Source of the DNA: Bacteroidales bacterium | Lineage (GTDB): Bacteria; Bacteroidota; Bacteroidia; Bacteroidales; F082 | Length of the DNA: 64,000 nt | Reading direction: 5' to 3' | NCBI GenBank assembly: GCA_017381865.1 | Contig: JAFOBJ010000085.1 | Span: 5,613 to 69,612 of the forward strand | In this document: piece after piece, positions 27,237-37,223 of the stretch | Position numbering within the stretch: position 1 is the first letter of the stretch | How the letters are laid out: the number at the start of each line of letters is the position of its first letter | The notes under the pieces: generated by a model | What the model saw: the letters and a program-made list of their open reading frames with translations, nothing else | Told to the model about the DNA's origin: nothing | The model's database searches: none | Position numbers and translations under genes: made by a program

Positions 27237-27701
27237 TTAGAATTTCATTGAAACACCGATTGAACCGCCAAATGTTGTACCACCACCGAGTTCGAGGTTA
27301 AGACCCCAATTACCGAAGTAGTAACGTGCGCCTAAGTGACCACCAATAGCCAAGCTTCTACCTAAAATACCGAGGTTTAAACCAACGTATGTATCCAAGT
27401 TGTCAACAAATTCATAGTGGAAATTACCTCTAGCTGCTGCTGATAAGTGAAGACCTAAACCAGCGTCAACTCTATTGTACATGAAAAGACCAACTTCACC
27501 TCCAACAGAAACAGCTGCATTGCCGTTGATGAAACCACTAACTACGCCATAGTCAACAGCTACAGCTACAGGGAAACCACCACTGTTTAAACCTAAACGT
27601 GCGCTACCAACTAATTGACCTTTGCTCATTGTTTCTTGAGCTTGAACACCAATACCTAAAAAGCAGAATACTGCTATTAAAAATAAAAGTTTTTTCTTCA
27701 T
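27237..27701 (-). CDS. Small Gly-rich outer-membrane beta-barrel-like protein
   Basis: Signal peptide MKKKLLFLIAVFCFLGIGVQAQ, alternating Gly/aromatic strands, C-terminal F. Minus-strand -7 box TATTTTTG (CAAAAATA at 27742-27749 on the plus strand). Confidence 0.6.
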   Translation of the reverse strand: MKKKLLFLIAVFCFLGIGVQAQETMSKGQLVGSARLGLNSGGFPVAVAVDYGVVSGFINGNAAVSVGGEVGLFMYNRVDAGLGLHLSAAARGNFHYEFVDNLDTYVGLNLGILGRSLAIGGHLGARYYFGNWGLNLELGGGTTFGGSIGVSMKF

Positions 27702-27779
27702 AACTTAAAATTTTTATTAGTTATACATTTTTTTGTTACCACAAAAATAACATTTTTTTCAAAAAAAAAAGTTTTTTTT

Positions 27780-27787
27780 TATTTTTG
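27780..27787 (+). promoter_or_regulatory. -7 promoter box TATTTTTG upstream of the GH3-family gene
   Basis: Matches TAnnTTTG. The spacer upstream consists of A10-G-T9 homopolymers. Confidence 0.45.
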
Positions 27788-27811
27788 CAGGGAAAAATAT
27801 AATATAAGAAA

Positions 27812-29359
27812 ATGTCGAAGATTTTTGGAACATTAATGAAGACTGTTTATTCAATAGGAAATATTCCTATTGATATGAAAAAGAAGAGATTAGATCCTGT
27901 TAAAGCTCAAGAGAAAGAGTTAAAGAAGTTACTTAAAAAAGCTGCCAACACAGCTTTTGGTAAATATTATAACTTTGAAGAGATACTAAAATCTGACAAC
28001 ATTCTTAAAAATTATAAAGAAAATGTTCCTATTTTCGACTATAATTCCATGTATAAGAATTGGTGGTTCCGCGCATTGAATGGAGAAGAGTTCGTTACAT
28101 GGCCTGGAAAAGTGAAATATTTTGCTTTGAGTTCTGGCACTTCTGAAGCTTCAAGCAAATTTATCCCTATTACCAGCAATATGTTAAGATCTATTAAGAA
28201 AGCTAGTATTCAACAGATTTTAGCAGCCACTAAATACGATTTTCCATTAGATTTCTACGACAAAGGTTTCTTGATGATTGGCGGAAGCACTCATCTTCAA
28301 TATAATGGAACTTACTATTCTGGAGATTTGTCTGGCATTACCGCTGCACAATTACCTTTCTGGTTTGAATATTTTTATAAACCAGGTAGAAAAATTTCAA
28401 GAACAACAGACTGGAACACAAAATTAGATGAGATGGTGAAGAAAGCTCCATCTTGGGATATTGGAGTTCTTGTTGGCGTGCCATCATGGGTGCAAATTCT
28501 TTTGGAAAGAATCATAAAAGAATATAACTTAAACACTATCCACGACTTATGGCCATCATTGTCGGCTTACGTTCATAGCGGCGTCGCTTTCGCTCCTTAC
28601 GAAAAAAGTTTTGAAAAATTATTCGGAAAACCTGTTGTTTATAGCGAAAGTTACTTAGCATCAGAAGGTTATATCGCTTATCAAGTTGACCTTAACAAAC
28701 GTATTATGCAGCTTATCGTTGACAATGGAATATATTATGAATTCGTTCCTTTCAACGAAAATAACTTTGATGAAGACGGCAACATAAAACAAAATTGCAC
28801 TTCTCTTAACATTACAGAGGTTGAAGAAAATGTAGATTACGCAATTTTGTTATCAACAAACGCTGGTTCTTGGAGATACCTTATCGGTGATGTCATAAAA
28901 TTTGTTAACAAAGAAAAATGTGAAATCACAATTAGCGGAAGAACAAAACAATTTTTAAGCTTAGTTGGTGAACATCTTTCACAAGACAATATGAATCAGG
29001 CTGTTAACAATATAGCTAATGAATTGAAAGTCGACATCAATGAGTTTACTGTCGCTGGTTTCCGTGAAGAAAAGACTTTCGCTCATCATTGGTATTTAGC
29101 TTGTGATTCTGAAATAGATAAAGAATTAGCTATCAAGAAGATAGATGAACATTTGAAAGTGTTAAATGACGACTATCGCGTTGAACGTGAAGAAGCTCTA
29201 AGTCATTTATACATAGATATTTTGCCAACTCATGTCTTTTATGACTTTATGCAAAAAACTGGAAAAATCGGTGGCGCAACAAAGTTCCCTCGTGTTTTGA
29301 AAGGCAAGAGATATGAAGATTGGAAACAGTTTCTAACATCTTTAAAATCAGAACAATGA
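27812..29359 (+). CDS. GH3 family (auxin-responsive-promoter family) acyl-acid amido synthetase-like protein
   Basis: 515 aa. LSSGTSEASSKFIP adenylation-type motif and KFPRVLK near the C-terminus are typical of bacterial GH3 proteins. Confidence 0.75.
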   Translation: MSKIFGTLMKTVYSIGNIPIDMKKKRLDPVKAQEKELKKLLKKAANTAFGKYYNFEEILKSDNILKNYKENVPIFDYNSMYKNWWFRALNGEEFVTWPGKVKYFALSSGTSEASSKFIPITSNMLRSIKKASIQQILAATKYDFPLDFYDKGFLMIGGSTHLQYNGTYYSGDLSGITAAQLPFWFEYFYKPGRKISRTTDWNTKLDEMVKKAPSWDIGVLVGVPSWVQILLERIIKEYNLNTIHDLWPSLSAYVHSGVAFAPYEKSFEKLFGKPVVYSESYLASEGYIAYQVDLNKRIMQLIVDNGIYYEFVPFNENNFDEDGNIKQNCTSLNITEVEENVDYAILLSTNAGSWRYLIGDVIKFVNKEKCEITISGRTKQFLSLVGEHLSQDNMNQAVNNIANELKVDINEFTVAGFREEKTFAHHWYLACDSEIDKELAIKKIDEHLKVLNDDYRVEREEALSHLYIDILPTHVFYDFMQKTGKIGGATKFPRVLKGKRYEDWKQFLTSLKSEQ

Positions 29360-30027
29360 TATTTTTAGAAGGTGTAATCGTCGGCCTTACCTTAGCTCTG
29401 ATAATGGGATTTGGCCCCGCCTTTTTTACATTGATACAGACGAGCATAAGCAGAGGTTTCAAGTCTGCTATGTTTCTCGATTTGGGAATTATTCTCAATG
29501 ACATCTTCATCGTAGCTTTGATGATGATGACGAATGTTCATTTCAACATCAATGACAGAGAAAATATAATTTATGGTGGTATTGCCGCTGGTATTATATT
29601 GATTATCTTTGGAATATACACTTTTCTTTTATCACCAGAGAAAGTTATGCATATCAGTGAGAATAATAATCAGAAGATTGATAAGATGAATGATAAGTTC
29701 GTTGACAAGCCAAAATGGTATGTTTACATCACTAAAGGTTTCATTATCAATATTTTCAATCCTTTTGTTTGGATTTTCTGGGTTACTTGCGTTGCTACAG
29801 CTTCAAGTAATTTTAACAGTCATAAATATTCAATGATTATTTTCTTTGCAGGTGTTTTTGCTACTGTCTTGTTTTTTGACATTTTAAAGGCAGCAGGCGC
29901 ATACTCTCTTAAGAGATTCTTCACTGAAAAAATGATGAAACTTTTGAATCAAATTACTGGTGTGATTCTGATGATCTTCGGATTGTTTATTGCTGTAAGA
30001 GTAATATTTTTCCCAATCACATTATAA
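29356..30027 (+). CDS. LysE/RhtB family translocator
   Basis: N-terminal GFGPAFFTLIQTSISRG motif, 6 TM segments. ATG 29356 overlaps the GH3 stop (ATGA). Confidence 0.65.
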   Translation: MIFLEGVIVGLTLALIMGFGPAFFTLIQTSISRGFKSAMFLDLGIILNDIFIVALMMMTNVHFNINDRENIIYGGIAAGIILIIFGIYTFLLSPEKVMHISENNNQKIDKMNDKFVDKPKWYVYITKGFIINIFNPFVWIFWVTCVATASSNFNSHKYSMIIFFAGVFATVLFFDILKAAGAYSLKRFFTEKMMKLLNQITGVILMIFGLFIAVRVIFFPITL

Positions 30028-30096
30028 AAAAAACATAAAAAACGCCATAATACAGAATACGCAAATTGGCGACAAAAGTATTAGGCGTTTATCTAT

Positions 30097-31908
30097 TTAT
30101 TTTTCAATAATATCGGTGTTGTTATCTTCATCATCTTCAAATTTAATGTCCTTAACATTAAGTTGAAGATTTGTCTTTCCTTGCCAGAAGTTTTTCTCTA
30201 TGCAATAACATATTGAGAAAGGTTCTTTAGAATTAACTCTTTGGTAGTCAGCTCCTTTTTGGAAAGCAATACCTGGCATGACTATATCATTGTCATTTTT
30301 TTGCGTCATTGACAATTTGAGATGTTTTTTATCTTGTCCGCCTACAGGACGTGAAGAACCAGTGTCGATTACATTTTTAGAAAGGAACACTGGAGCCATA
30401 TTTCCAGGGCCGAAAGGAGCGAATTGTTTTAAAATTCTTACGAATTTAGGTGTGATATCGGAGAAATCTATTTCGAGGTCGACATTAAGTTCTGGAATAA
30501 GTTCTTCGTTATCAATATTATTTGCCACATATTCTTCAAAGCGGCGAGCGAATTCATCAAGGTTTTCTGGTTTTAATGACAAACCAGCCGCATATTTATG
30601 ACCTCCGAAGTGTTCTAACAAGTCGGAACAATTATCGATAGCATCATAAATATCAAAACTTTTTATAGAACGAGCCGAACCTGTTATAAGGTTGTTCGAT
30701 CTTGTCAAAACGATAGTTGGTCTATAGTAACTATCTGTAAGTCTTGACGCTACGATACCGATAACGCCTTTATGCCAGTTTTCGTTAAAGATAACAGTAC
30801 TTTTAGCGTTACGCAATTTTTCATTTTGCTGAATCATCAATAGAGCTTCAGCAGTTATGTTATTGTCGAATTCGCGACGTCTGACATTCAAGTCGTTTAT
30901 TGAAGATGCTAATTTTTCAGCGTGTTCTTTTCTTTCAGCGATGAGCAATCTCACCGAGTCGCTAGCTTTTTCAAGTCGACCAGCAGCATTGATACGAGGT
31001 CCTATCATGAAAACCAAATCGCTGATAGTTACTTCTTTATTAAGAACGTTTTGAGGTTGTTCTGAAGTTGCTGGAGCTTCTTCCTCAACTCTATGTACAT
31101 TAGCGTGACCGAGCACTGCTTCGAGACCTGGTCGAGGATTTTTATTTATAAGAAGAAGTCCGTAATAAGCCAGGACTCTATTTTCTCCAGTTATAGGAAC
31201 AATATCCGCAGCGATACTAACAGCAACTAAATCAAGGAGTTCATATACTTCTTCGATAGGACGATTCAAACTCATCGACAATGCTGTTATGAGTTTAAAT
31301 CCTACGCCACAGCCAGACAATTCCTTATAAGGGTATTCACAATCAGAGCGTTTTGAGTCCAAAACTGCTACTGCATTCGGGATTTCGTCGCCTGGACGAT
31401 GGTGGTCGCAAATGATAAAATCAATATTGCGGCTATTAGCATATTCTATTTTATCGACAGCTTTGATGCCGCAGTCCAAAACAATCACGAGGCTAAATCC
31501 GTTTTCGGCAGCATAATCAATACCTTTGTAAGATATGCCATAACCTTCATCGTATCTGTCTGGAATATAAAACTCTATTTTTTTCTTGCCAATGAAATTC
31601 TTTAGATAAGTGTAAATCAATGCAACAGCTGTCGTTCCATCAACATCATAGTCGCCGTAAATCAAAATCTTTTCCCCAGATTCATAAGCCTTTTTGATAC
31701 GTTCAACGGCTTTATCCATATCTTTCATCAAGAATGGGTCGTGAAGATGGTCTAATGAAGGGCGGAAAAAATCTTTTGCTTCGTCATAATTTGTAATACC
31801 ACGTTGAACAAGCAAAGTAGCGAGATTTTCATCTATGCTCAAAGCATTAGATAAATCGCTAACAACTTGTTTGTCAATATTTTTATTTATAATCCAACGT
31901 GTATTCAC
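30097..31908 (-). CDS. recJ: Single-stranded-DNA-specific exonuclease
   Basis: DHH family motifs GDYDVDGTT, VLDCG and ICDHH, and DHHA1 GGHKYAAG. Confidence 0.9.
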   Translation of the reverse strand: MNTRWIINKNIDKQVVSDLSNALSIDENLATLLVQRGITNYDEAKDFFRPSLDHLHDPFLMKDMDKAVERIKKAYESGEKILIYGDYDVDGTTAVALIYTYLKNFIGKKKIEFYIPDRYDEGYGISYKGIDYAAENGFSLVIVLDCGIKAVDKIEYANSRNIDFIICDHHRPGDEIPNAVAVLDSKRSDCEYPYKELSGCGVGFKLITALSMSLNRPIEEVYELLDLVAVSIAADIVPITGENRVLAYYGLLLINKNPRPGLEAVLGHANVHRVEEEAPATSEQPQNVLNKEVTISDLVFMIGPRINAAGRLEKASDSVRLLIAERKEHAEKLASSINDLNVRRREFDNNITAEALLMIQQNEKLRNAKSTVIFNENWHKGVIGIVASRLTDSYYRPTIVLTRSNNLITGSARSIKSFDIYDAIDNCSDLLEHFGGHKYAAGLSLKPENLDEFARRFEEYVANNIDNEELIPELNVDLEIDFSDITPKFVRILKQFAPFGPGNMAPVFLSKNVIDTGSSRPVGGQDKKHLKLSMTQKNDNDIVMPGIAFQKGADYQRVNSKEPFSICYCIEKNFWQGKTNLQLNVKDIKFEDDEDNNTDIIEK

Positions 31909-32012
31909 TTCAAAAGAATTTGACTTGTAAAATTACAACAAATAAATCCTTTACACAAGTTTTTTTGTTAAAAAAATAAAAAAAAATAATCGTTTAATAT
32001 TCAGGATTTTAT

Positions 32013-32101
32013 ACAAGACAACACGTCAACAAGACTATAAGACTACAAGTTTTTGTTAAAAAATTTAAACATAAGCTCATTGCTCACGGCTCACAGCTCA
32101 T
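32013..32101 (+). repeat. Two adjacent short-period arrays (ACAAGACA-type 8-mers at 32013-32050; AGCTCAT/GGCTCAC 7-mers at 32074-32101)
   Basis: Read directly, in the recJ/purH divergent intergenic region. Confidence 0.85.
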
Positions 32102-32178
32102 GACAAAAAAAAACTTCAGAAAACGCTTTTATAAATGATATATATTTCTTAATATTGCAATATGTTTAACTTTAAATT

Positions 32179-33705
32179 TTGAGTACCTTGAAAAAGATTA
32201 AAACTTGCTTAATATCAGTCTTTTACAAGACTAATTTAGATAAAATAGTTGCTTTGTTGAAAGAGCAAGATGTTCAAATTTATGCTACTGGCGGAACATA
32301 CGATTTCATTAAAGAACTTGACGATTCTGTCAAGACAATAGAATCTCTCACTTCATATCCTTCAATTCTCGGCGGTCGTGTGAAGACATTGCACCCAAAA
32401 GTATTCGGCGGTATCTTAGGCCGTTTGCAAAACGAGAAAGACGTTGAAGAAATGAAACAATATGAAATCCCTGCTTTCGACCTCGTCATCGTTGACCTTT
32501 ATCCTTTTGAAGAAACAGTGAAGTCGACAGACGATCCAGCTAAGATTATCGAAAAGATTGACATAGGCGGTATTTCTTTGATTCGCGCTGGCGGCAAGAA
32601 CTTCAACGAAGTTGTCATCGTTCCTGATTCAAAATATTATGTCGAATTTATGGAACTTTACAAAGCTCAAAATGGTTGCACAAGCCTCGAAGATCGTAAA
32701 CGCTTCGCAAAATATGCTTTCGCAACAAGTTCACACTATGATGGCATGATTTACGACTGGTTCGCAAAAGATGACGCTACTTCAGATTTGAATATTCATA
32801 TCGACAATCGCAGCGAATTACGCTACGGCGAAAATCCTCACCAAAAAGCTGTTTTCTACGGAAAACTCGACGAAGTTTTTGAAAAACTTCATGGTAAAGA
32901 TTTGTCATACAATAACTTATTAGACTTAGAAGCAGGTCTTAACCTTATCCGCGAATTCGACGAACCAACATTCGCAATCTTGAAACACAACAATCCTTGC
33001 GGCATCGCATCACGTCCAACAATAGCAGAAGCTTATCAAGCAGCGTTGGCAGGCGACCCAGTTTCAGCATTCGGCGGCGTTTTCGTAAGTAATAAAGCTA
33101 TTGATGTTGAAACAGCTAACGAAATAAACAAGATGTTCTTCGAAGTTATCGTTGCTCCAGAATATAACGAAGGCGTTTTGGATATCCTCTTCGCAAAGAA
33201 AAATAGAATCGTCTTAAAACTTAAATCAAACGATTTTTCAAAAACAGTTTATAAATCAGCACTTAACGGTATCTTGGCACAAGACCGCGACCTTCATACA
33301 GAAACATTAGAAGATTTTAAAGCTGTTACAAATAAAAACATTGAAGCACAAGAAGTTGAAGATTTAATCTTTGCAAATAAAATAGTTAAACATAGCCGTT
33401 CAAATGCTATCGTCTTAGCGAAGAACAAACAATTATATGCTTCAGGTATCGGTCAGACTTCACGCGTTGACGCTTTGAGACAAGCTATCGAAAAAGCTAA
33501 GTCATTCGAATTTGACCTCAACGGCGCAGTTATGGCTTCTGACGCTTTCTTCCCATTCGCTGACTGCGTGGAAATAGCTCATAATGCAGGCGTTACAACA
33601 GTTATCCAACCAGGAGGTTCTATTAAAGACCAAGATTCTATCGACTATTGCAATGCACACGATATGGCAATGGTATTCACAGGATATCGTCACTTTAAAC
33701 ATTAA
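32179..33705 (+). CDS. purH: Bifunctional AICAR transformylase / IMP cyclohydrolase
   Basis: MGS-like N-domain (SVFYKTNL, GRVKTLHP) and AICARFT C-domain ending TGYRHFKH. TTG start in the ORF track. Confidence 0.93.
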   Translation: MSTLKKIKTCLISVFYKTNLDKIVALLKEQDVQIYATGGTYDFIKELDDSVKTIESLTSYPSILGGRVKTLHPKVFGGILGRLQNEKDVEEMKQYEIPAFDLVIVDLYPFEETVKSTDDPAKIIEKIDIGGISLIRAGGKNFNEVVIVPDSKYYVEFMELYKAQNGCTSLEDRKRFAKYAFATSSHYDGMIYDWFAKDDATSDLNIHIDNRSELRYGENPHQKAVFYGKLDEVFEKLHGKDLSYNNLLDLEAGLNLIREFDEPTFAILKHNNPCGIASRPTIAEAYQAALAGDPVSAFGGVFVSNKAIDVETANEINKMFFEVIVAPEYNEGVLDILFAKKNRIVLKLKSNDFSKTVYKSALNGILAQDRDLHTETLEDFKAVTNKNIEAQEVEDLIFANKIVKHSRSNAIVLAKNKQLYASGIGQTSRVDALRQAIEKAKSFEFDLNGAVMASDAFFPFADCVEIAHNAGVTTVIQPGGSIKDQDSIDYCNAHDMAMVFTGYRHFKH

Positions 33706-33716
33706 AAATTCTCAAA

Positions 33717-34739
33717 ATGGGATTATTTTCATTTTTCAATAAAGAATTAGCAATAGACTTAGGCACAGCCAACACCGTCATTATCTATAACGATAAGGTG
33801 GTTGTTGACGAGCCTTCTATTGTCGCGATAGAAAGAGACACCCAAAAAATCATGGCTGTCGGTAAACGCGCTATGATGATGCATGGTAAGACACACGAGA
33901 ACATCAAGACTGTCAGACCATTGCGTGACGGTGTTATCGCTGACTTCCAAGCAGCAGAGTGTATGCTTAGAGATTTAATCAAAATGATTAATTTCCATAA
34001 TAGCATTTTCCCTCCTGCATTAAAAATGGATATCTGTATTCCTTCAGGTATCACTGAAGTTGAAGAAAGAGCTGTTAAAGATTCAGCAGAACAAGCTGGC
34101 GCAAAAGAAGTTCGTCTTATCCATGAACCAATGGTTGCTGCTATCGGTATCGGCATCGACGTTCTTGAACCAATGGGTAATATGATCGTTGACATAGGCG
34201 GCGGTACAAGTGAAATCGCTGTCATCGCTCTCGGCGGTATCGTTAATAATAAGTCAATCCGTACTGCAGGTGACGACTTTACAGCTGAAATCGTTGAGTA
34301 TATGCGTAAGCAACATAATATGTATATTGGTGAAAGAACAGCTGAAATGATTAAGATTGAAGTAGGTTCAGCATTGACAGAACTCGACAATCCACCAGAC
34401 GAATATGCAGTTCATGGTAGAGACCTTCTCACTGGTATTCCAAAAGAAATAATGGTAAACTATTCAGAAATAGCATATTGCTTGGATAAAAGCATCTCTA
34501 AGATTGAGACAGCTGTGCTTAACGCTTTGGAACAAACACCTCCAGAATTGGCAGCAGATATCTATCGTACAGGTATCTATCTCACAGGCGGTGGTGCGTT
34601 GTTGCGTGGCCTCGACAAACGTTTGCATGCTAAGACAAAATTGCCAATCCATGTCGCCGACGACCCATTGAAAGCTGTCGCCCGTGGTACAGGTATCGCT
34701 CTTAAAAACTTTGACAAATTCCCATTCCTGATTAAATAA
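33717..34739 (+). CDS. mreB: Rod shape-determining actin homolog
   Basis: IDLGTANT and DIGGGTSE motifs; 340 aa. Confidence 0.95.
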   Translation: MGLFSFFNKELAIDLGTANTVIIYNDKVVVDEPSIVAIERDTQKIMAVGKRAMMMHGKTHENIKTVRPLRDGVIADFQAAECMLRDLIKMINFHNSIFPPALKMDICIPSGITEVEERAVKDSAEQAGAKEVRLIHEPMVAAIGIGIDVLEPMGNMIVDIGGGTSEIAVIALGGIVNNKSIRTAGDDFTAEIVEYMRKQHNMYIGERTAEMIKIEVGSALTELDNPPDEYAVHGRDLLTGIPKEIMVNYSEIAYCLDKSISKIETAVLNALEQTPPELAADIYRTGIYLTGGGALLRGLDKRLHAKTKLPIHVADDPLKAVARGTGIALKNFDKFPFLIK

Positions 34740-34754
34740 TCTGGATTGATAGTC

Positions 34755-35564
34755 ATGTATAACTTATTAATTTTTTTAAAAAAATATAATAATATCCTAC
34801 TGTTTTTGATATTGGAAGTATTGTGTATCATAATGTTGATGAACAATCTTCCATATCAGAAACGTAAATTGACAAATGTAGGTAATGCCATATCTGGCAA
34901 ATTATTCAAGACAAAAACCAATTTTACCAACTACTTTTCATTAAAAGAAGAAAATCAATTGATAGTAGAGCATAATGCTTTGCTAATGAGTCATCTGTAT
35001 AAAATAAATACAGATACTTCAGAATTGATGAATTCCCAGTCTTTCGATTTTAATTTTATTCCAGCTAATGTTATTAACAATAGTATTAATAATGTTAATA
35101 ATTATTTGCTTATCGACAAAGGAAGAAAAAACGGCATAAAGAAAGATATGGGCGTTATTTGTGAAAATGGCGTTGTCGGAAAAGTCGTCAATGTGACAGA
35201 AAATTACGCATCTGTGATAAGCATGTTGCATCCATATACTATTATTAGTGCTAGATTTACTGATAATCAACATATTGCTAATGTAAGTTGGGATAATTTG
35301 GATTATCGTTTTGGAACTGTTAACGATATTCCTTTACATTTAGTTCTTGAAAAAGGCGACACTTTGGTAACAAGCGGATTCTCTAACATTTATCCAGCCG
35401 GCATCATGATTGGAACCATAGAAGAAATGATAGAGTCAAAATCTAAAGATTTTAGCACAGCAAAAATTCGATTCTCAACAAATTTTAGTGCCTTACGTCA
35501 CGTTTTTGTTATAGAAAATTTAAATCAAACAGAAATAGATTCACTCACCTTAACCCAAAGATAA
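34755..35564 (+). CDS. mreC: Rod shape-determining protein MreC
   Basis: Position after mreB, N-terminal TM helix, GVVGKV and TSG...YPAGI motifs. Confidence 0.75.
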   Translation: MYNLLIFLKKYNNILLFLILEVLCIIMLMNNLPYQKRKLTNVGNAISGKLFKTKTNFTNYFSLKEENQLIVEHNALLMSHLYKINTDTSELMNSQSFDFNFIPANVINNSINNVNNYLLIDKGRKNGIKKDMGVICENGVVGKVVNVTENYASVISMLHPYTIISARFTDNQHIANVSWDNLDYRFGTVNDIPLHLVLEKGDTLVTSGFSNIYPAGIMIGTIEEMIESKSKDFSTAKIRFSTNFSALRHVFVIENLNQTEIDSLTLTQR

Positions 35565-35565
35565 A

Positions 35566-36087
35566 ATGAATAATAGACTGATTTTAAATTCTTTACGATT
35601 CATTGGCTTGCTTTTTCTGCAGGTTTTGGTGATAGATAATATTCGTCTCGGCTTATACATTCATCCTCACATTTATGTCCTGTTTATCTTTCTGTTGCCT
35701 TTTAACATTCCTAATTGGCAATTACTTTTTGCAGGATTTTTTATGGGATTGGCCGTCGATTTATTCAACGGAACACCAGGACTGAATGCAGCAGCATGCG
35801 TGTTTATGGCATTTATCCGTCCTTTAGTTATAAATGGAATGATGAGAAGAAATGATATTAACGAAAATGACGAACCTTCACTTAACACTATGGGAACCAG
35901 TAGGTTTATTGTCTATTCGTTATTATTGTTGCTAGCACATAATCTAATATTATTTATGCTTGAAGCCTTTAGTTTTAAACTTATCGGCGTTGTATTCCTC
36001 CAAACATTATTGAGCGTATTCAGCTCGTTATTGTTAATATTTATTATACTTTTATTATTTAAGAAAACTAAAAAGAAATTATTATAA
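35566..36087 (+). CDS. mreD: Rod shape-determining protein MreD
   Basis: Polytopic 173-aa membrane protein directly after mreC. Confidence 0.6.
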   Translation: MNNRLILNSLRFIGLLFLQVLVIDNIRLGLYIHPHIYVLFIFLLPFNIPNWQLLFAGFFMGLAVDLFNGTPGLNAAACVFMAFIRPLVINGMMRRNDINENDEPSLNTMGTSRFIVYSLLLLLAHNLILFMLEAFSFKLIGVVFLQTLLSVFSSLLLIFIILLLFKKTKKKLL

Positions 36088-36099
36088 AATTATATCATT

Positions 36100-37197
36100 A
36101 TGAAAATCAGATTATTAACATTAGTTATCGCATTATTCGCTTTAGTATCATGTAATAAATCTACATTTAATGTTAAAGTAGAATTACAAAATGCAGAAGG
36201 AAAGATGATTTATTTACAAAAATTCGTTAACAAAACTTCAACAATCATCGATTCTGTTGAAATGCAAAATAATATTGTGAATTTTACTGTTGAAGAAGAA
36301 AATCCTGCAACATATTATTCAATTAGAATAGAAAAAGTAAGATATCCAATAGGTTTCTTCAGTGAAAATAATGATGTTACAATTGTTGGTGACATTGAAG
36401 ATCATTCAAATATTCAAGTAACAGCTTCATACGCACAACAACTTGTTAATGAATATGATAAAGAAAATAAAAAATTCTACGACCAACTTAGAGAATTAGG
36501 AAAAAATTATGAAATAGCAGCACAAGCTAAAGATGAAGCTGCAATGGAAAAAATATACAATGAATACGATCAAGTTGAAAAAAATCAAACTTCATACAGA
36601 AACCTTTTCATTGCTAAAAATTATAGCAGCTTCGTATCTTCTTACATATTGTATAACAATCGTTTAAACTATGAACTTAACGAACTTGAAGATTTTGTTA
36701 ACCATTTTAACATTTCTCAAGACAATGAATTTTCAAAACTTTTGAATGAATATATTTTAAAATTGAAACGCGTTAATGTCGGCGAACCTTATCTCGATTT
36801 CACACAAGAAACTCCAGAAGGCGACTTGTTGTCATTATCAGAACTCGTTGGAAAATCTAAACTTTTATTAGTAGATTTCTGGGCTTCATGGTGTGGACCT
36901 TGCCGCGCTGAAAATCCAAATGTCGTTGCTGTTTATAAAGAATATCACGAAAAAGGCTTCGATGTACTCGGCGTTTCTTTGGATATGAAAAAAGAAAACT
37001 GGATTAAAGCTATTGAAGATGACGGTCTTATCTGGCATAACGTTTCTGACCTCAAATATTGGAACAACGCAGCCTCTAAAGATTACGCAATATCTTCAAT
37101 TCCAAGTAATATCCTTATAGATGAAAATGGTACAATCATCGCTAAAAATTTAAGAGGCGAAGATTTAAGAAAAAAAGTTGAGGAAATACTCAAGTAA
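36100..37197 (+). CDS. TlpA-like thiol:disulfide oxidoreductase lipoprotein (DUF4369-like N-domain plus thioredoxin fold)
   Basis: Lipoprotein signal LFALVSC; FWASWCGPCRAENP active site. Confidence 0.75.
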   Translation: MKIRLLTLVIALFALVSCNKSTFNVKVELQNAEGKMIYLQKFVNKTSTIIDSVEMQNNIVNFTVEEENPATYYSIRIEKVRYPIGFFSENNDVTIVGDIEDHSNIQVTASYAQQLVNEYDKENKKFYDQLRELGKNYEIAAQAKDEAAMEKIYNEYDQVEKNQTSYRNLFIAKNYSSFVSSYILYNNRLNYELNELEDFVNHFNISQDNEFSKLLNEYILKLKRVNVGEPYLDFTQETPEGDLLSLSELVGKSKLLLVDFWASWCGPCRAENPNVVAVYKEYHEKGFDVLGVSLDMKKENWIKAIEDDGLIWHNVSDLKYWNNAASKDYAISSIPSNILIDENGTIIAKNLRGEDLRKKVEEILK

Positions 37198-37223
37198 TTT
37201 TGTTTATCTGAAAAAATATTAAC

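Noticed and set aside
33785-34390. 201-aa ORF antisense to mreB, together with the many other 60-140-aa track ORFs lying inside and opposite to recognisable genes (e.g. 927..1226, 8430..8783, 12493..12918, 13413..13784, 49961..50320, 53334..53759, 55263..55616).
   Set aside because: Each is fully nested antisense or out of frame within a gene that has clear family motifs. Their translations are low-complexity and have no recognisable motifs. None has its own TAnnTTTG box. They are treated as chance open frames.
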